Source of the DNA: Burkholderiaceae bacterium
GTDB taxonomy: Bacteria > Pseudomonadota > Gammaproteobacteria > Burkholderiales > Burkholderiaceae_F
DNA: 64,000 bases
Direction of reading: 5' to 3'
NCBI GenBank assembly: GCA_035498175.1
Contig: DATKAJ010000105.1
Coordinates: 9,482 to 73,481, forward strand
Made by a program: the position numbers and the translations under genes. This document shows, piece after piece, positions 17,780-26,796 of the stretch (position 1 is its first letter; every line of letters starts with the position of its first letter). A model generated the notes under the pieces. That model made no database searches. It saw nothing but the letters and a program-made list of their open reading frames with translations, and had not been told where the DNA came from.

Positions 17780-19213
17780 ATGGATATCCAGCGGCTGCAT
17801 CGCATCGACGACACAACCTGGACCGTGCCGTCGGCGGCGGCCGAGCGACGCCACGAAGCGCGCTTGTACGGCAGCCGCCCGCTGCTCGAAGCGATGGACG
17901 ACAAGGTGCTCGAACAGATCACCAACGTCGCGCGGCTGCCGGGATTGGTGGGCGCGGCGCTCGCGATGCCGGACGCACACTGGGGGTATGGCTTCCCCAT
18001 CGGCGGCGTGGCGGCGTTCGATCCGGACCAGGGCGGAATCATCAGCGCCGGCGGCGTCGGTTTTGACATCTCCTGCGGCATCCGCTGCCTGCGCTCCAAC
18101 CTCACCGCAGAAGACATTGCGCCGAAGGCCGAGAAGCTTGCGGATGCGCTGCACCGTGACATCCCGGCCGGTGTCGGTGTCGAGGGCGGACTGCGCCTGG
18201 AGGCCGACGAACTCGACGCCGTGATGCGCGGTGGCGCACGCTGGGCGGTCGAGCAGGGCTACGGCGATGCCGAGGACCTGCCCTTCATCGAGGAGCACGG
18301 GCGTGTCGACGGCGCGGTTCCGACGAACGTCTCGGTGCTCGCGAAGAAGCGCCAGCGCGGCGAGATGGGCACCCTCGGCTCGGGCAATCACTATCTCGAG
18401 GTGCAGCGCGTGGCGCGGATCCACGACGCGCGGGCCGCGGCCGCGTATGGTCTGCGGGAGAATCAGATCCTCGTGTCGATTCACTGCGGCTCGCGCGGGC
18501 TCGGGCACCAGATCGGCACCGAGTTCCTGGTCAGCCTCGCCAAGGCGGCGTCCCGGCTCGGCATCGCGCTGCCCGACCGCGAGCTCGCCTGCGCGCCGAT
18601 CCGCTCGCCCGAGGGCCAGCAATACCTCGGGGCCATGAATGCTGCGATCAACTGCGCGCTGGCCAATCGGCAGATCCTCGCGCATCTGGCGCGCGACACC
18701 TTCGACCGCCGCTTTCACGGCGTACGGCTCGAGACGCTGTACGACGTGTCGCACAACACCTGCAAGGTGGAGCGCCATCAGGTCGACGGCCGTGACCGCC
18801 TGCTGTACGTACATCGCAAGGGAGCGACGCGTGCCTTCGGCCCGGGCCATCCGAGCCTGCCGGCCGCGTACCGCGAGGTCGGACAGCCCGTGATCATCGG
18901 CGGCAGCATGGGCACGGGGTCCTACATCCTCGCTGGCGTTGCCGAAAGCGAGGCCCGCTCGTGGAGTTCGGCCAGCCACGGCGCCGGCCGCGCAATGAGC
19001 CGCAACCAGGCACTGAAGCGCTGGCGCGGCCAAGCGGTCGTCGACGAACTCGGCGCGCGCGGGATCATCATCCGCTCGCACTCGATGCGCGGCGTGGCCG
19101 AAGAAGCGCCCGGCGCCTACAAGGACATCGAGGAAGTCGCAGAGGCGACCGAGCGCGCCGGACTCGCGCGCCGCGTCGCCGCGCTGCGACCCGTCATCTG
19201 CGTCAAGGGCTGA
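17780..19213 (+). CDS. rtcB: RNA ligase RtcB
   Basis: MPDAHWGYGFPIGGV, GGVGFDISCG, GSGNHYLEV, HCGSRGLGHQ and SHGAGR motifs; 4 nt after archease. Confidence 0.92.
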   Translation: MDIQRLHRIDDTTWTVPSAAAERRHEARLYGSRPLLEAMDDKVLEQITNVARLPGLVGAALAMPDAHWGYGFPIGGVAAFDPDQGGIISAGGVGFDISCGIRCLRSNLTAEDIAPKAEKLADALHRDIPAGVGVEGGLRLEADELDAVMRGGARWAVEQGYGDAEDLPFIEEHGRVDGAVPTNVSVLAKKRQRGEMGTLGSGNHYLEVQRVARIHDARAAAAYGLRENQILVSIHCGSRGLGHQIGTEFLVSLAKAASRLGIALPDRELACAPIRSPEGQQYLGAMNAAINCALANRQILAHLARDTFDRRFHGVRLETLYDVSHNTCKVERHQVDGRDRLLYVHRKGATRAFGPGHPSLPAAYREVGQPVIIGGSMGTGSYILAGVAESEARSWSSASHGAGRAMSRNQALKRWRGQAVVDELGARGIIIRSHSMRGVAEEAPGAYKDIEEVAEATERAGLARRVAALRPVICVKG

Positions 19214-19222
19214 TGCGGCCGT

Positions 19223-19423
19223 TCAGGCAGGCGGGTCGCGATCGCGCACCGGCAGGCCGTGCCGCGCGGCCCAGGCTTCGGCGCGGGCAATCCCGATGCG
19301 TATCGCGCGGCCTTCTTCCATGCCTTCGTCGAGCAGCGCGTTGGCGATGTCGATCGCCTTGGCGCGCGTCACCTCGCTCAGGTGGCGCATCGACGAGGGG
19401 AAGCGCTCCAGGGTCCAGGGCAT
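19223..19423 (-). CDS. small conserved protein (family not confidently named)
   Basis: The pattern MPWTLERFPSSMRHLSEVTRAKAIDIANALLDEGMEEGRAIRIGIARAEAW recurs in small bacterial proteins, from memory. Confidence 0.45.
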   Translation of the reverse strand: MPWTLERFPSSMRHLSEVTRAKAIDIANALLDEGMEEGRAIRIGIARAEAWAARHGLPVRDRDPPA

Positions 19424-19724
19424 GACACCTCACTCGCAGTCCAGGTCGCGCCATGAAGGTGCTGGCAGCCGGTCGATAAATCGGTCCGGGTCAGCGCGGG
19501 TCAGCAAGCAGATTCCCGCCGCTGCGACACACGAGAATCATCTGTTCGCCGATCAGGCCGGCAGCATCGCCCGCGGCGTGGACGCGCGCACTGTCGTGCC
19601 GCTGCACTTTTCTCACTGCGACTAGCGCCGGGCGGACGACGTGACCGGGGAACTGAACGCGGCCCGGCGGTGCTCAGTCACTTCGGTACTTCATTGAATA
19701 CCGTCGCGCGGATGCGCGGTCGGT

Positions 19725-20129
19725 TCAGGCGGCGTGCTCTTCCGGTGCCGTCGAGGTCTTCAGCATCGCGAGCGAATGCTCGGCGCGATACAGCTGCGAC
19801 TTGATCGTGACCACGCGCTCGGGCACGTGCCGGCGCGCGAGCGACAGCGCGTCGCCGAGGCGCTCGACCGCATGCGGCAGCAGCGAAGGCTTGTGCCGCT
19901 CCGCCAGAGTCAGCAGCGTGCTGCCATACATGTAGTTCAGCTTCGCGCGCTCGATAGGGTCGCTGGCAGGCGCAGCTTCGTGCCGGTCGTTCAGCAGCGC
20001 TGCGAGCTGCTCGCACATATTCGCAAGCTCTTCGGCCATCACGGCGGCGGAGCGGCGCGGCCAGTTCCACAGCGCGTCTTCGTCGCGCGCGATCAGTTCC
20101 GCATGAAACGAATGAAGTTCAGAACTCAT
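19725..20129 (-). CDS. hypothetical helical protein
   Basis: 134 aa from the internal ATG (MSSELHSFHAELIARDE...). The upstream part of the track ORF is junk. Confidence 0.45.
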   Translation of the reverse strand: MSSELHSFHAELIARDEDALWNWPRRSAAVMAEELANMCEQLAALLNDRHEAAPASDPIERAKLNYMYGSTLLTLAERHKPSLLPHAVERLGDALSLARRHVPERVVTIKSQLYRAEHSLAMLKTSTAPEEHAA

Positions 20130-20501
20130 GCTGCCTCGTCCTGATCCGGTGTCGCTGCCCCATCGCGGCGTGCTGCTGAAGTGTGGGGCTGGAGTGCTTC
20201 TGCTTGATGACTGCAGAGCGACAGTAACGGGCGCGCCTCGATCGCGCATCCCCAATATGCGCAACTCAAGATGTGAATCGAATGCACGATGGAGCCCGCG
20301 CATCCGCTTGCGCCGCCGCGCCGCAACAAATACGCAAGCGCTTAACCCGGCAGCAACAGATGAACCCTGTGCGCCGCGCCGCCAACCCTGCGACGCAGCG
20401 CGCGTGCTGTCCGCGCGCACTCGGTATCCTCGCGCCTCGTGCGGTCGCGCAAGAACGACTCAACACTGCGGCCGTATCCGTGAAACCAGAGAGGGAATTG
20501 C

Positions 20502-21458
20502 ATGTCCTTGCCGCCATTGCTGCGCGACCACCTGCGCCTGCCCGTCATCGGCGCACCGATGTTCATCGTCAGCGGGCCCGAACTCGTGCTGGCGCAGTGC
20601 CGCGCAGGAATCGTCGGCAGCTTCCCCGCGCTGAACGCGCGGCCGCCGGAACTGCTCGATACATGGCTCACGCGCATAAGCAAAGAACTGGAGGTCATGA
20701 AGGCCACGTATCCCGCCGCGCGCATCGCGCCCTTCGCGGTCAACCAGATCGTGCACACCAGCAATGTCCGGTTGCAGCACGACATCGACCTCTGCGTGAA
20801 GCATCGAGTGCCGATCATGATCACCAGCCTGCGCGCGCCGGATGCGGTGGTCGCGGCCGCGCATTCCTATGGCGGACTCGTGTTCCACGATGTGACCACG
20901 CTCGCGCATGCGAAGCGCGCGCTTGCAGCTGGCGTCGACGGATTGATTCTCGTTGCGACCGGCGCCGGCGGCCACGCGGGCCGGCTCTCGCCGTTCGCCT
21001 TCGTGCCCGAGGTGCGTGCGTTCTATGACGGCACCATCATCCTGTCCGGCAGCATCGCGAGCGGCGGCGCGATCCTCGCGGCGCTGGCGCTCGGTGCCGA
21101 CCTCGCGTACGTCGGCACGCGCTTTATCGCCAGCGAAGAGGCCAACGCACCGGCAGCCTACAAGGAGATGATCATCGACAGCCGCGCCGAAGACATCGTC
21201 TACACCAACCTCTTCACCGGCGTGCACGGCAACTACCTGAAGGGCAGCATCGTTGCTGCGGGCATGGACCCCGACAACCTGCCCGAGAGCGACAAGAGCA
21301 AGATGGACTTCGGTTCCGGCAGCGCAAAGGCCAAGGCGTGGCGCGACATCTGGGGCGCGGGCCAGGGCGTGGGCCAGGTGACGAGCGCACCGCCCGCCGG
21401 CGAGATCGTCGACCAGTTCGAGCGCGAATACACCGCCGCGCGCACCGCGCTGAGGTAG
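20502..21458 (+). CDS. nitronate monooxygenase (NMO / 2-nitropropane dioxygenase family)
   Basis: PVIGAPMFIVSGPELV, GLILVATGAGGH and GADLAYVGTRFIAS motifs. Confidence 0.85.
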   Translation: MSLPPLLRDHLRLPVIGAPMFIVSGPELVLAQCRAGIVGSFPALNARPPELLDTWLTRISKELEVMKATYPAARIAPFAVNQIVHTSNVRLQHDIDLCVKHRVPIMITSLRAPDAVVAAAHSYGGLVFHDVTTLAHAKRALAAGVDGLILVATGAGGHAGRLSPFAFVPEVRAFYDGTIILSGSIASGGAILAALALGADLAYVGTRFIASEEANAPAAYKEMIIDSRAEDIVYTNLFTGVHGNYLKGSIVAAGMDPDNLPESDKSKMDFGSGSAKAKAWRDIWGAGQGVGQVTSAPPAGEIVDQFEREYTAARTALR

Positions 21459-21494
21459 CGCGCAGCGCGCCGGGCGATTCGTGAAGAGCGCGGA

Positions 21495-22184
21495 ATGACG
21501 GCCGCTTCGATCGCGCGCGCGGAGCCGTGGATCGACTTCCTCACGGCCGGCGCGTTCGATTACGCATGGCTGCTCGCCGCGGTAGCGCTGCTGCTGCTGG
21601 CGATCGGATTCGTGCTGAGTGCCCTCTTCGCACTGCTGCGGCTGCGCCCGTTCTCGTTCGTGTTTCGCGTCGTCTTCGGCGCCGCGCTGCTCGTGGCGGG
21701 CGCGCTGGCAGCAGTGGTCGCGGTCGGCACTGCCGGCTACCAGGCGCTGACCCACGAGGAAGTCGCGGCGACGATCCGCGTCGAGCCCTCCGGCCCACAG
21801 CGCTTCACCGCGATCGTGCGGCTGCCTGACGGCCGCAGCGAGCGCTTCGATCTCGCCGGTGACGAGATCTACGTCGATGCGCACATCCTGAAGTGGAAGT
21901 CGATCGCCAACCGCTTCGGCCTGCACACCGCCTACGAACTCGACCGCATCGCCGGCCGCTACCAGGCGCTGAAGGACGAACAGTCGCAGCCACGCACCGT
22001 GCACGCGCTCGCTGCGCCGAAGCCGCTGGATCTCTTCACCCTGCGGCGCCGCTACGTCGCGCTGGCGCCGCTGCTCGACGCCGATTACGGCTCGGCCTCC
22101 TTCGTGACAGTGACGCACCCGGTCGACCTCGAGGTCCGGGTTTCGAACACCGGCTTGCTGATCCGCGAGCGGCCGAAGCAGTGA
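21495..22184 (+). CDS. conserved two-TM membrane protein of unknown function
   Basis: Two N-terminal hydrophobic spans, then a soluble domain (YVDAHILKWKS..FGLHTAYELDRIAGRY). Confidence 0.55.
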   Translation: MTAASIARAEPWIDFLTAGAFDYAWLLAAVALLLLAIGFVLSALFALLRLRPFSFVFRVVFGAALLVAGALAAVVAVGTAGYQALTHEEVAATIRVEPSGPQRFTAIVRLPDGRSERFDLAGDEIYVDAHILKWKSIANRFGLHTAYELDRIAGRYQALKDEQSQPRTVHALAAPKPLDLFTLRRRYVALAPLLDADYGSASFVTVTHPVDLEVRVSNTGLLIRERPKQ

Positions 22185-22258
22185 GGTCCGGGGCTGGCGT
22201 TCGCGGGCGCCCGGGTGTTCAATTCCGCCACCAACCACTCCAGCGCGGGGGCAGGGAG

Positions 22259-23227
22259 ATGCGGTTGCGGGTTTCCCTTCTGGTCGTTGGTTTCTGCGGA
22301 GTCGCCGGGCGAGTGCTCGCGCAGGAGGCGTCGCCATCGATCGGCAGTCATGCCTCGCTGCTCGCCGCCCTGCCACTTGGGCCGCTGCTGACCGTCATCG
22401 TCGCCTTCGGAGTGCTGTTCAAGGTGTTTTCGCGTTGGCCCGAGCTGGAGCGCTGGCTCGTCGGCGGGTCGCTTCTGATGCTGCCACCGGTGGCAACGTA
22501 CGTGATGCGTTGGTTCTTCTTCGCCGGCAGTGACTCTCCGGTGCGCGACACCGGGATCTTCTGGGCCGTCGTCGCACTGCTGCTCGCGATTGCATGGTGG
22601 GCGCTGAAGCACCAGACCACTCTGCTGGCCACGCCGGCCGTGGAGCCCACGCCAGCGAATGTCGCCGCTCCGCGGCCGGCTCCCCAGGCGGAACGGCGCG
22701 AGCCGCCGCCCCCGGCTCGCGAGCCACCACCGGAGTCGAAGCCTGCCTCGGTCGCGAGCCCCAGCGACGCGATCTTCATCTCGTACCGCCGCCAGGACAG
22801 CGCGGACGCGACCGGCCGCATCTACGACCGCCTGATCCAGCACTTCGGCCGCGGGCAGGTGTTCAAGGACGTCGACTCGATTCCGCTCGGAGTGGACTTC
22901 CGCGAACACCTCGGCAACGTGGTCGGCCGCTGCACGACGCTGATCGCAGTGATCGGGCCGCAGTGGGCATCAGTTGTCGGCGCGAACGGACGCCGCCTCG
23001 ACGACAAGTCCGACTTCGTGCGGGTCGAGATCGAGGCCGCGCTCGCGCGCAACATCCCGGTGATTCCGGTGCTGGTCGGCGGCGCCGCGCTGCCTGCGGA
23101 TACCGATCTGCCGCCGAGCCTCGGCGCGATCACTTACCGAAACGGCATCAGTGTGCGTCCGGACCCGGACTTTCACCGCGACATGGACCGGCTGATCGCC
23201 GGGCTGGAGCAGCGCGGCCGCGGCTGA
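22259..23227 (+). CDS. polytopic membrane protein with C-terminal TIR domain
   Basis: ATG after GGGAG. 3-4 hydrophobic spans and a Pro-rich linker, then IFISYRRQDSADATGRIYDRL...VFKDVDSIPLGVDF...LIAVIGPQW...DFVRVEIEAAL...VIPVLV (TIR_2 pattern). Confidence 0.8.
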   Translation: MRLRVSLLVVGFCGVAGRVLAQEASPSIGSHASLLAALPLGPLLTVIVAFGVLFKVFSRWPELERWLVGGSLLMLPPVATYVMRWFFFAGSDSPVRDTGIFWAVVALLLAIAWWALKHQTTLLATPAVEPTPANVAAPRPAPQAERREPPPPAREPPPESKPASVASPSDAIFISYRRQDSADATGRIYDRLIQHFGRGQVFKDVDSIPLGVDFREHLGNVVGRCTTLIAVIGPQWASVVGANGRRLDDKSDFVRVEIEAALARNIPVIPVLVGGAALPADTDLPPSLGAITYRNGISVRPDPDFHRDMDRLIAGLEQRGRG

Positions 23228-23505
23228 CTTTCGCTGCACCCCGCGGCTATGTCTCGCGCGCCGCGCCATCCGCTCTGCTTCGGGCCTTGCGCAGCACGGC
23301 CGCGTGCAGGGCTTCACCATCCCGTAGCCGCGCGCTGGAACCGGCCAGCACGCGAGCGCATAGTGCAGGCGGCCGATGGCTTGGCCATCCAACCCGGGCT
23401 GCAACGTCTTCGAGCAACCGGCCCGGACTCCAGCAACCGACGCGTTCCGCGCACGGCAGCTCGGATTCCGCGAGCGATCGCGGAGCGCGTATCCGGGGAG
23501 GCGCC

Positions 23506-24906
23506 ATGTCCAGGTTTATCGCCCTGCTCTGCTCGCTCGTGCCGCTCGCCTGCGTCGTCGTGCCGGTGCCGCCCAACCTCGGCACCGAATCCGATGTTCC
23601 CAGCACCGGCGCGCAGGAGGCGCCGGCCGCGTTCGACGACCAGACCAACGGCTTCGTCGAGCAGGCCACCTTCGACGGCGACCAGGCCGTCTTCAACGAC
23701 GTCGAGGTGATCTCGGACGGACTCGGCCCGCTCTTCAACGCGGCTTCGTGCCTGGCCTGCCACCAGAACCCCGTGTCCGGTGGCGGCAGCCAGGTCTCCG
23801 AGCTGCGCGCTGGCAAGCGTGACGCGTACGGACACTTCGAGCCGGCGCGCGTGCCGATCGCGCGCGGGACGGTCATCATCGAAGGCCGCACGCTGATCAA
23901 CGATCGCGCGATCTGCCCGAACGGCGCGTTCCCTGACCAGGAGATCCAGGAGCACGTCCCCGACAGCGCCAACATCCGCACCTTCCGCCTGTCGGTGAGC
24001 GTGCTCGGCGACGGGTTCGTCGAGGCGGTTGCCGACGAATCGCTGCGAACGTACGCAGCGCGCCAGTGCAAGGAGACGCAGGGCCAGATCTGCGGCCACG
24101 CGTTCGAGGTGCCGGTGCTCGAGGCGCCGGGCATGAACCGCGTCGGCCGCTTCGGCTGGAAAGGACAGCAGGCGAGCCTGCTGTCGTTCTCCGCCGACGC
24201 ATATCTGAACGAGATGGGGATCACGAGCCGGCTGCTGCCCGACGAAGTGACGAAGCTCTGCGACACCGTCCCCGATCCTGAGGACAAGCCCGAGAGCCCG
24301 GCGGTCGCACGCCGGGCGCAGGCGCGCTCGCGGGCGGCCGTCGCGCGCGCACCGGCCCCGCCGACGCCCGCGGAGTTCGCCGACATCGACCGCTTTGCGC
24401 GCTTCATGCGCGCAACCAAGGCACCACCGCGCGACGTAGTACTCGCGCAGACCGATGCCGCGCGCAAGGGCTCGGGCCTCTTCGACTCGATCGGCTGCGC
24501 AACCTGTCACGCGCGCAACCTGGTCACCGCCCCGGCGGGGACGAAGATCAACGGCGGCACGTTCACCGTCCCGCCCGCACTCGGCAACCGGCTCTTCCAT
24601 CCGTTCAGCGACTTCCTGATGCATGACGTCGGCACCGGCGACGGCATCGAGATAGCGACGGCCGAGCACTTCGGCAAGCGCTTTGCACACATGCAGCAGC
24701 AGATGTCGCCGACAGCCGACCGCATCCGCACCGCGCCGCTTTGGGGCGTACGCACGCGCAGCCGGCTGATGCACGACGGCGCGTCGCTGACGCTGCGCGA
24801 CGCAATCGACCGCCATGCGGGCGAAGCGAAAAGCGCGCGCAACCGCTACACGTCGCTAAGTGCGGAAGAGCAGGAGACCCTGCTGACCTTCCTGCGATCG
24901 CTCTAG
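23506..24906 (+). CDS. di-haem oxidoreductase/peroxidase-like protein (DUF1111 family)
   Basis: Signal/lipoprotein-like N-terminus. Two CXXCH motifs (CLACH, CATCH). RFGWKGQ and APLWG motifs. Confidence 0.8.
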   Translation: MSRFIALLCSLVPLACVVVPVPPNLGTESDVPSTGAQEAPAAFDDQTNGFVEQATFDGDQAVFNDVEVISDGLGPLFNAASCLACHQNPVSGGGSQVSELRAGKRDAYGHFEPARVPIARGTVIIEGRTLINDRAICPNGAFPDQEIQEHVPDSANIRTFRLSVSVLGDGFVEAVADESLRTYAARQCKETQGQICGHAFEVPVLEAPGMNRVGRFGWKGQQASLLSFSADAYLNEMGITSRLLPDEVTKLCDTVPDPEDKPESPAVARRAQARSRAAVARAPAPPTPAEFADIDRFARFMRATKAPPRDVVLAQTDAARKGSGLFDSIGCATCHARNLVTAPAGTKINGGTFTVPPALGNRLFHPFSDFLMHDVGTGDGIEIATAEHFGKRFAHMQQQMSPTADRIRTAPLWGVRTRSRLMHDGASLTLRDAIDRHAGEAKSARNRYTSLSAEEQETLLTFLRSL

Positions 24907-25083
24907 CGGCACGGTGCCACAAAGAGCAACCGCGCCGCACGTGGCGTGGCTCGATCGCCGCTGGCGCAGCCGCGACCAAAGGTGTTCAATTCCGCCTCCA
25001 GCGAATTGCGGAGGTGCGGTTTTCGCGCCTCCGGGCACCGGGGGCACGCGGCGGCATTGTTGCCACGCGCGCGCACGCACACG

Positions 25084-25761
25084 ATGAAGCACCTGCTCGA
25101 CAACATCGTCTGGCACTCGCTGTCCGGCCCGCAGGCGATGTTCTCCGCCGGCAACGACAGCGCACGCCGCTATGCGCCGGGCTTCTCGCCGATCGTCGGC
25201 TTCCCCGATCAGGCGCAACCCGACTTCGCCGCGCTCGAGCCGTTCTGCCAGCCCGACGAACGTCTCTATTCAGACGGTTGGTCCGGCGCCGCGCCGAGCG
25301 GCTGGCAGATCGAAGTCGAAACAACGATGTTCAAGATGATCTGGGAAGCCGAGACGCCGGCATCCGACGAGGCACCCGACGCGGTCCCGCTCGGGGCCGA
25401 GCACGCGGCGCAGGCACTGGAGCTCGCGCAGCTCACGCGCCCCGGCCCGTTCGGGCTGCGCACGATCGAGCTCGGCGACTACTTCGGCTACTTCCGCGGC
25501 AACCGCCTCGTCGCGATGGCGGGCGAGCGCATGCAGGCCGGCCCGCTGCGCGAGATCAGCGGCGTGTGCACGCATCCGGACTACCAGGGCCGCGGCCTGG
25601 CGAAGAAGCTGATGCTGAAGCTCGTGCGCCGCCAGCTGCTGCGCAACGAAACTCCATTCCTGCACGTGATGAGCGCCAACACCGGCGCGCGCGGGCTGTA
25701 CGAGCGGATGGGCTTCCGCAACTACAGGGAATCGGTCGTGCGCGTCATCTCGCGCCACTGA
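25084..25761 (+). CDS. GNAT family N-acetyltransferase
   Basis: THPDYQGRGLAKKLM...GLYERMGF acetyl-CoA-binding pattern. Confidence 0.75.
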   Translation: MKHLLDNIVWHSLSGPQAMFSAGNDSARRYAPGFSPIVGFPDQAQPDFAALEPFCQPDERLYSDGWSGAAPSGWQIEVETTMFKMIWEAETPASDEAPDAVPLGAEHAAQALELAQLTRPGPFGLRTIELGDYFGYFRGNRLVAMAGERMQAGPLREISGVCTHPDYQGRGLAKKLMLKLVRRQLLRNETPFLHVMSANTGARGLYERMGFRNYRESVVRVISRH

Positions 25762-25906
25762 GATGATCTGCGCAATCACCGGCCGCGCAATCGCGATCGG
25801 GCGGCAACGATGGTGACGAGGATGAGCAACGCGAAGCGCTCTTTGCTGTACGACACCGCCCGTTCGATCGCGCGCAGGATCGGCGGCTGATGATGCGGAG
25901 GACACC

Positions 25907-26437
25907 ATGCGACTGAAAGGCTCATGCCATTGCCGCGCCGTGCGCTTCACACTCGAATCGGACTCGCCGGTGCCGTTCATGCACTGTCACTGCTCGGTCT
26001 GCGTCAAGACTGCCGGATCCGGCGGCTACGCGATCAACCTCGGCGGCGACGCCGCGAGCATGAAGGTGACAGGCAGCAAGAACGTCACGCGCTTCCATGC
26101 GCTGATCCGCGAACCCGGCCAGCGCACCACGCGCTCGACCGCGTGGCGCCACTTCTGCAAGAAGTGCGGCAGCCCTCTCTGGCTCTGGGACAAGCGCTGG
26201 CCCGAGCTGGTCCACCCCCACGCCTCGGCGATCGACACGCCGCTGCCGAAGCCGCCCGAAGTGGTCGAGGCCGCGCTCGCTTATGCACCGGGCTGGGTCG
26301 ACGTGCCGGGCGGCAAGGGGCATGCGCACTGTGAGACGTGGCCGAAGGAGTCGCTGCGCGAGTGGCATGTCCGCCACGGGCTGCTGGCGAGCCGGACCAC
26401 CTCGGCGCGGAAGCGAAGGAGTGCGCAGCCGGCATAG
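25907..26437 (+). CDS. GFA (glutathione-dependent formaldehyde-activating) family protein
   Basis: GSCHCRAVRF...CHCSVC...FCKKCGSPLW Cys pattern. Confidence 0.8.
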   Translation: MRLKGSCHCRAVRFTLESDSPVPFMHCHCSVCVKTAGSGGYAINLGGDAASMKVTGSKNVTRFHALIREPGQRTTRSTAWRHFCKKCGSPLWLWDKRWPELVHPHASAIDTPLPKPPEVVEAALAYAPGWVDVPGGKGHAHCETWPKESLREWHVRHGLLASRTTSARKRRSAQPA

Positions 26438-26580
26438 GGTTTTCGGGCATTACCGCAGGATGAAATTGAACACGCCTTGTTCAGCTTTCATGGTTCCCGC
26501 ACACACACGGAGCGCGCGGTGTGGCGCTGCGCGCGCGCCCGGAGGGCACCCCTGCACTCGTAGCCGCGCAGCAAGCATGC

Positions 26581-26610
26581 AAAGCCCGGTTTTGGCCGGG
26601 CTTTCGTTTC
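26581..26610 (+). terminator. Rho-independent-type terminator
   Basis: aaagcccgg-ttttgg-ccgggcttt perfect 9-bp stem, followed by cgtttcc. Confidence 0.5.
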
Positions 26611-26796
26611 CTGCGGCAGGCAGCGGCGCGGTGGCACACGAACCGGGGTCGCGCGAGGGCTGACCTCGCGCCGAGGTCGCGGCACCGCGGCCGGTCCAGA
26701 TCTGTGCCGGATCAATGCGCACTCCGGGGCAAGGTCTAGGGTGGGGAACAAATGGCTCGCCTGTTTGCGCCGAGCCCCGCCTGCGAGGAGGTCGCG

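Noticed and set aside
19470-19600. Short minus-strand frame reading VHAAGDAAGLIGEQ..., reminiscent of the GD motif near the C-terminus of FAD-dependent oxidoreductases.
   Set aside because: It covers only ~45 codons with no start context. The match is a single short motif, so at best it is a gene remnant. The evidence is too weak to annotate.
20460-22376. 638-aa minus-strand ORF.
   Set aside because: It is antisense to the nitronate monooxygenase and the two-TM protein genes. It is Arg-rich with no motifs.
23314-24816. 500-aa and 406-aa minus-strand ORFs.
   Set aside because: They are antisense to the di-haem DUF1111 gene, which has two CXXCH motifs on the plus strand.
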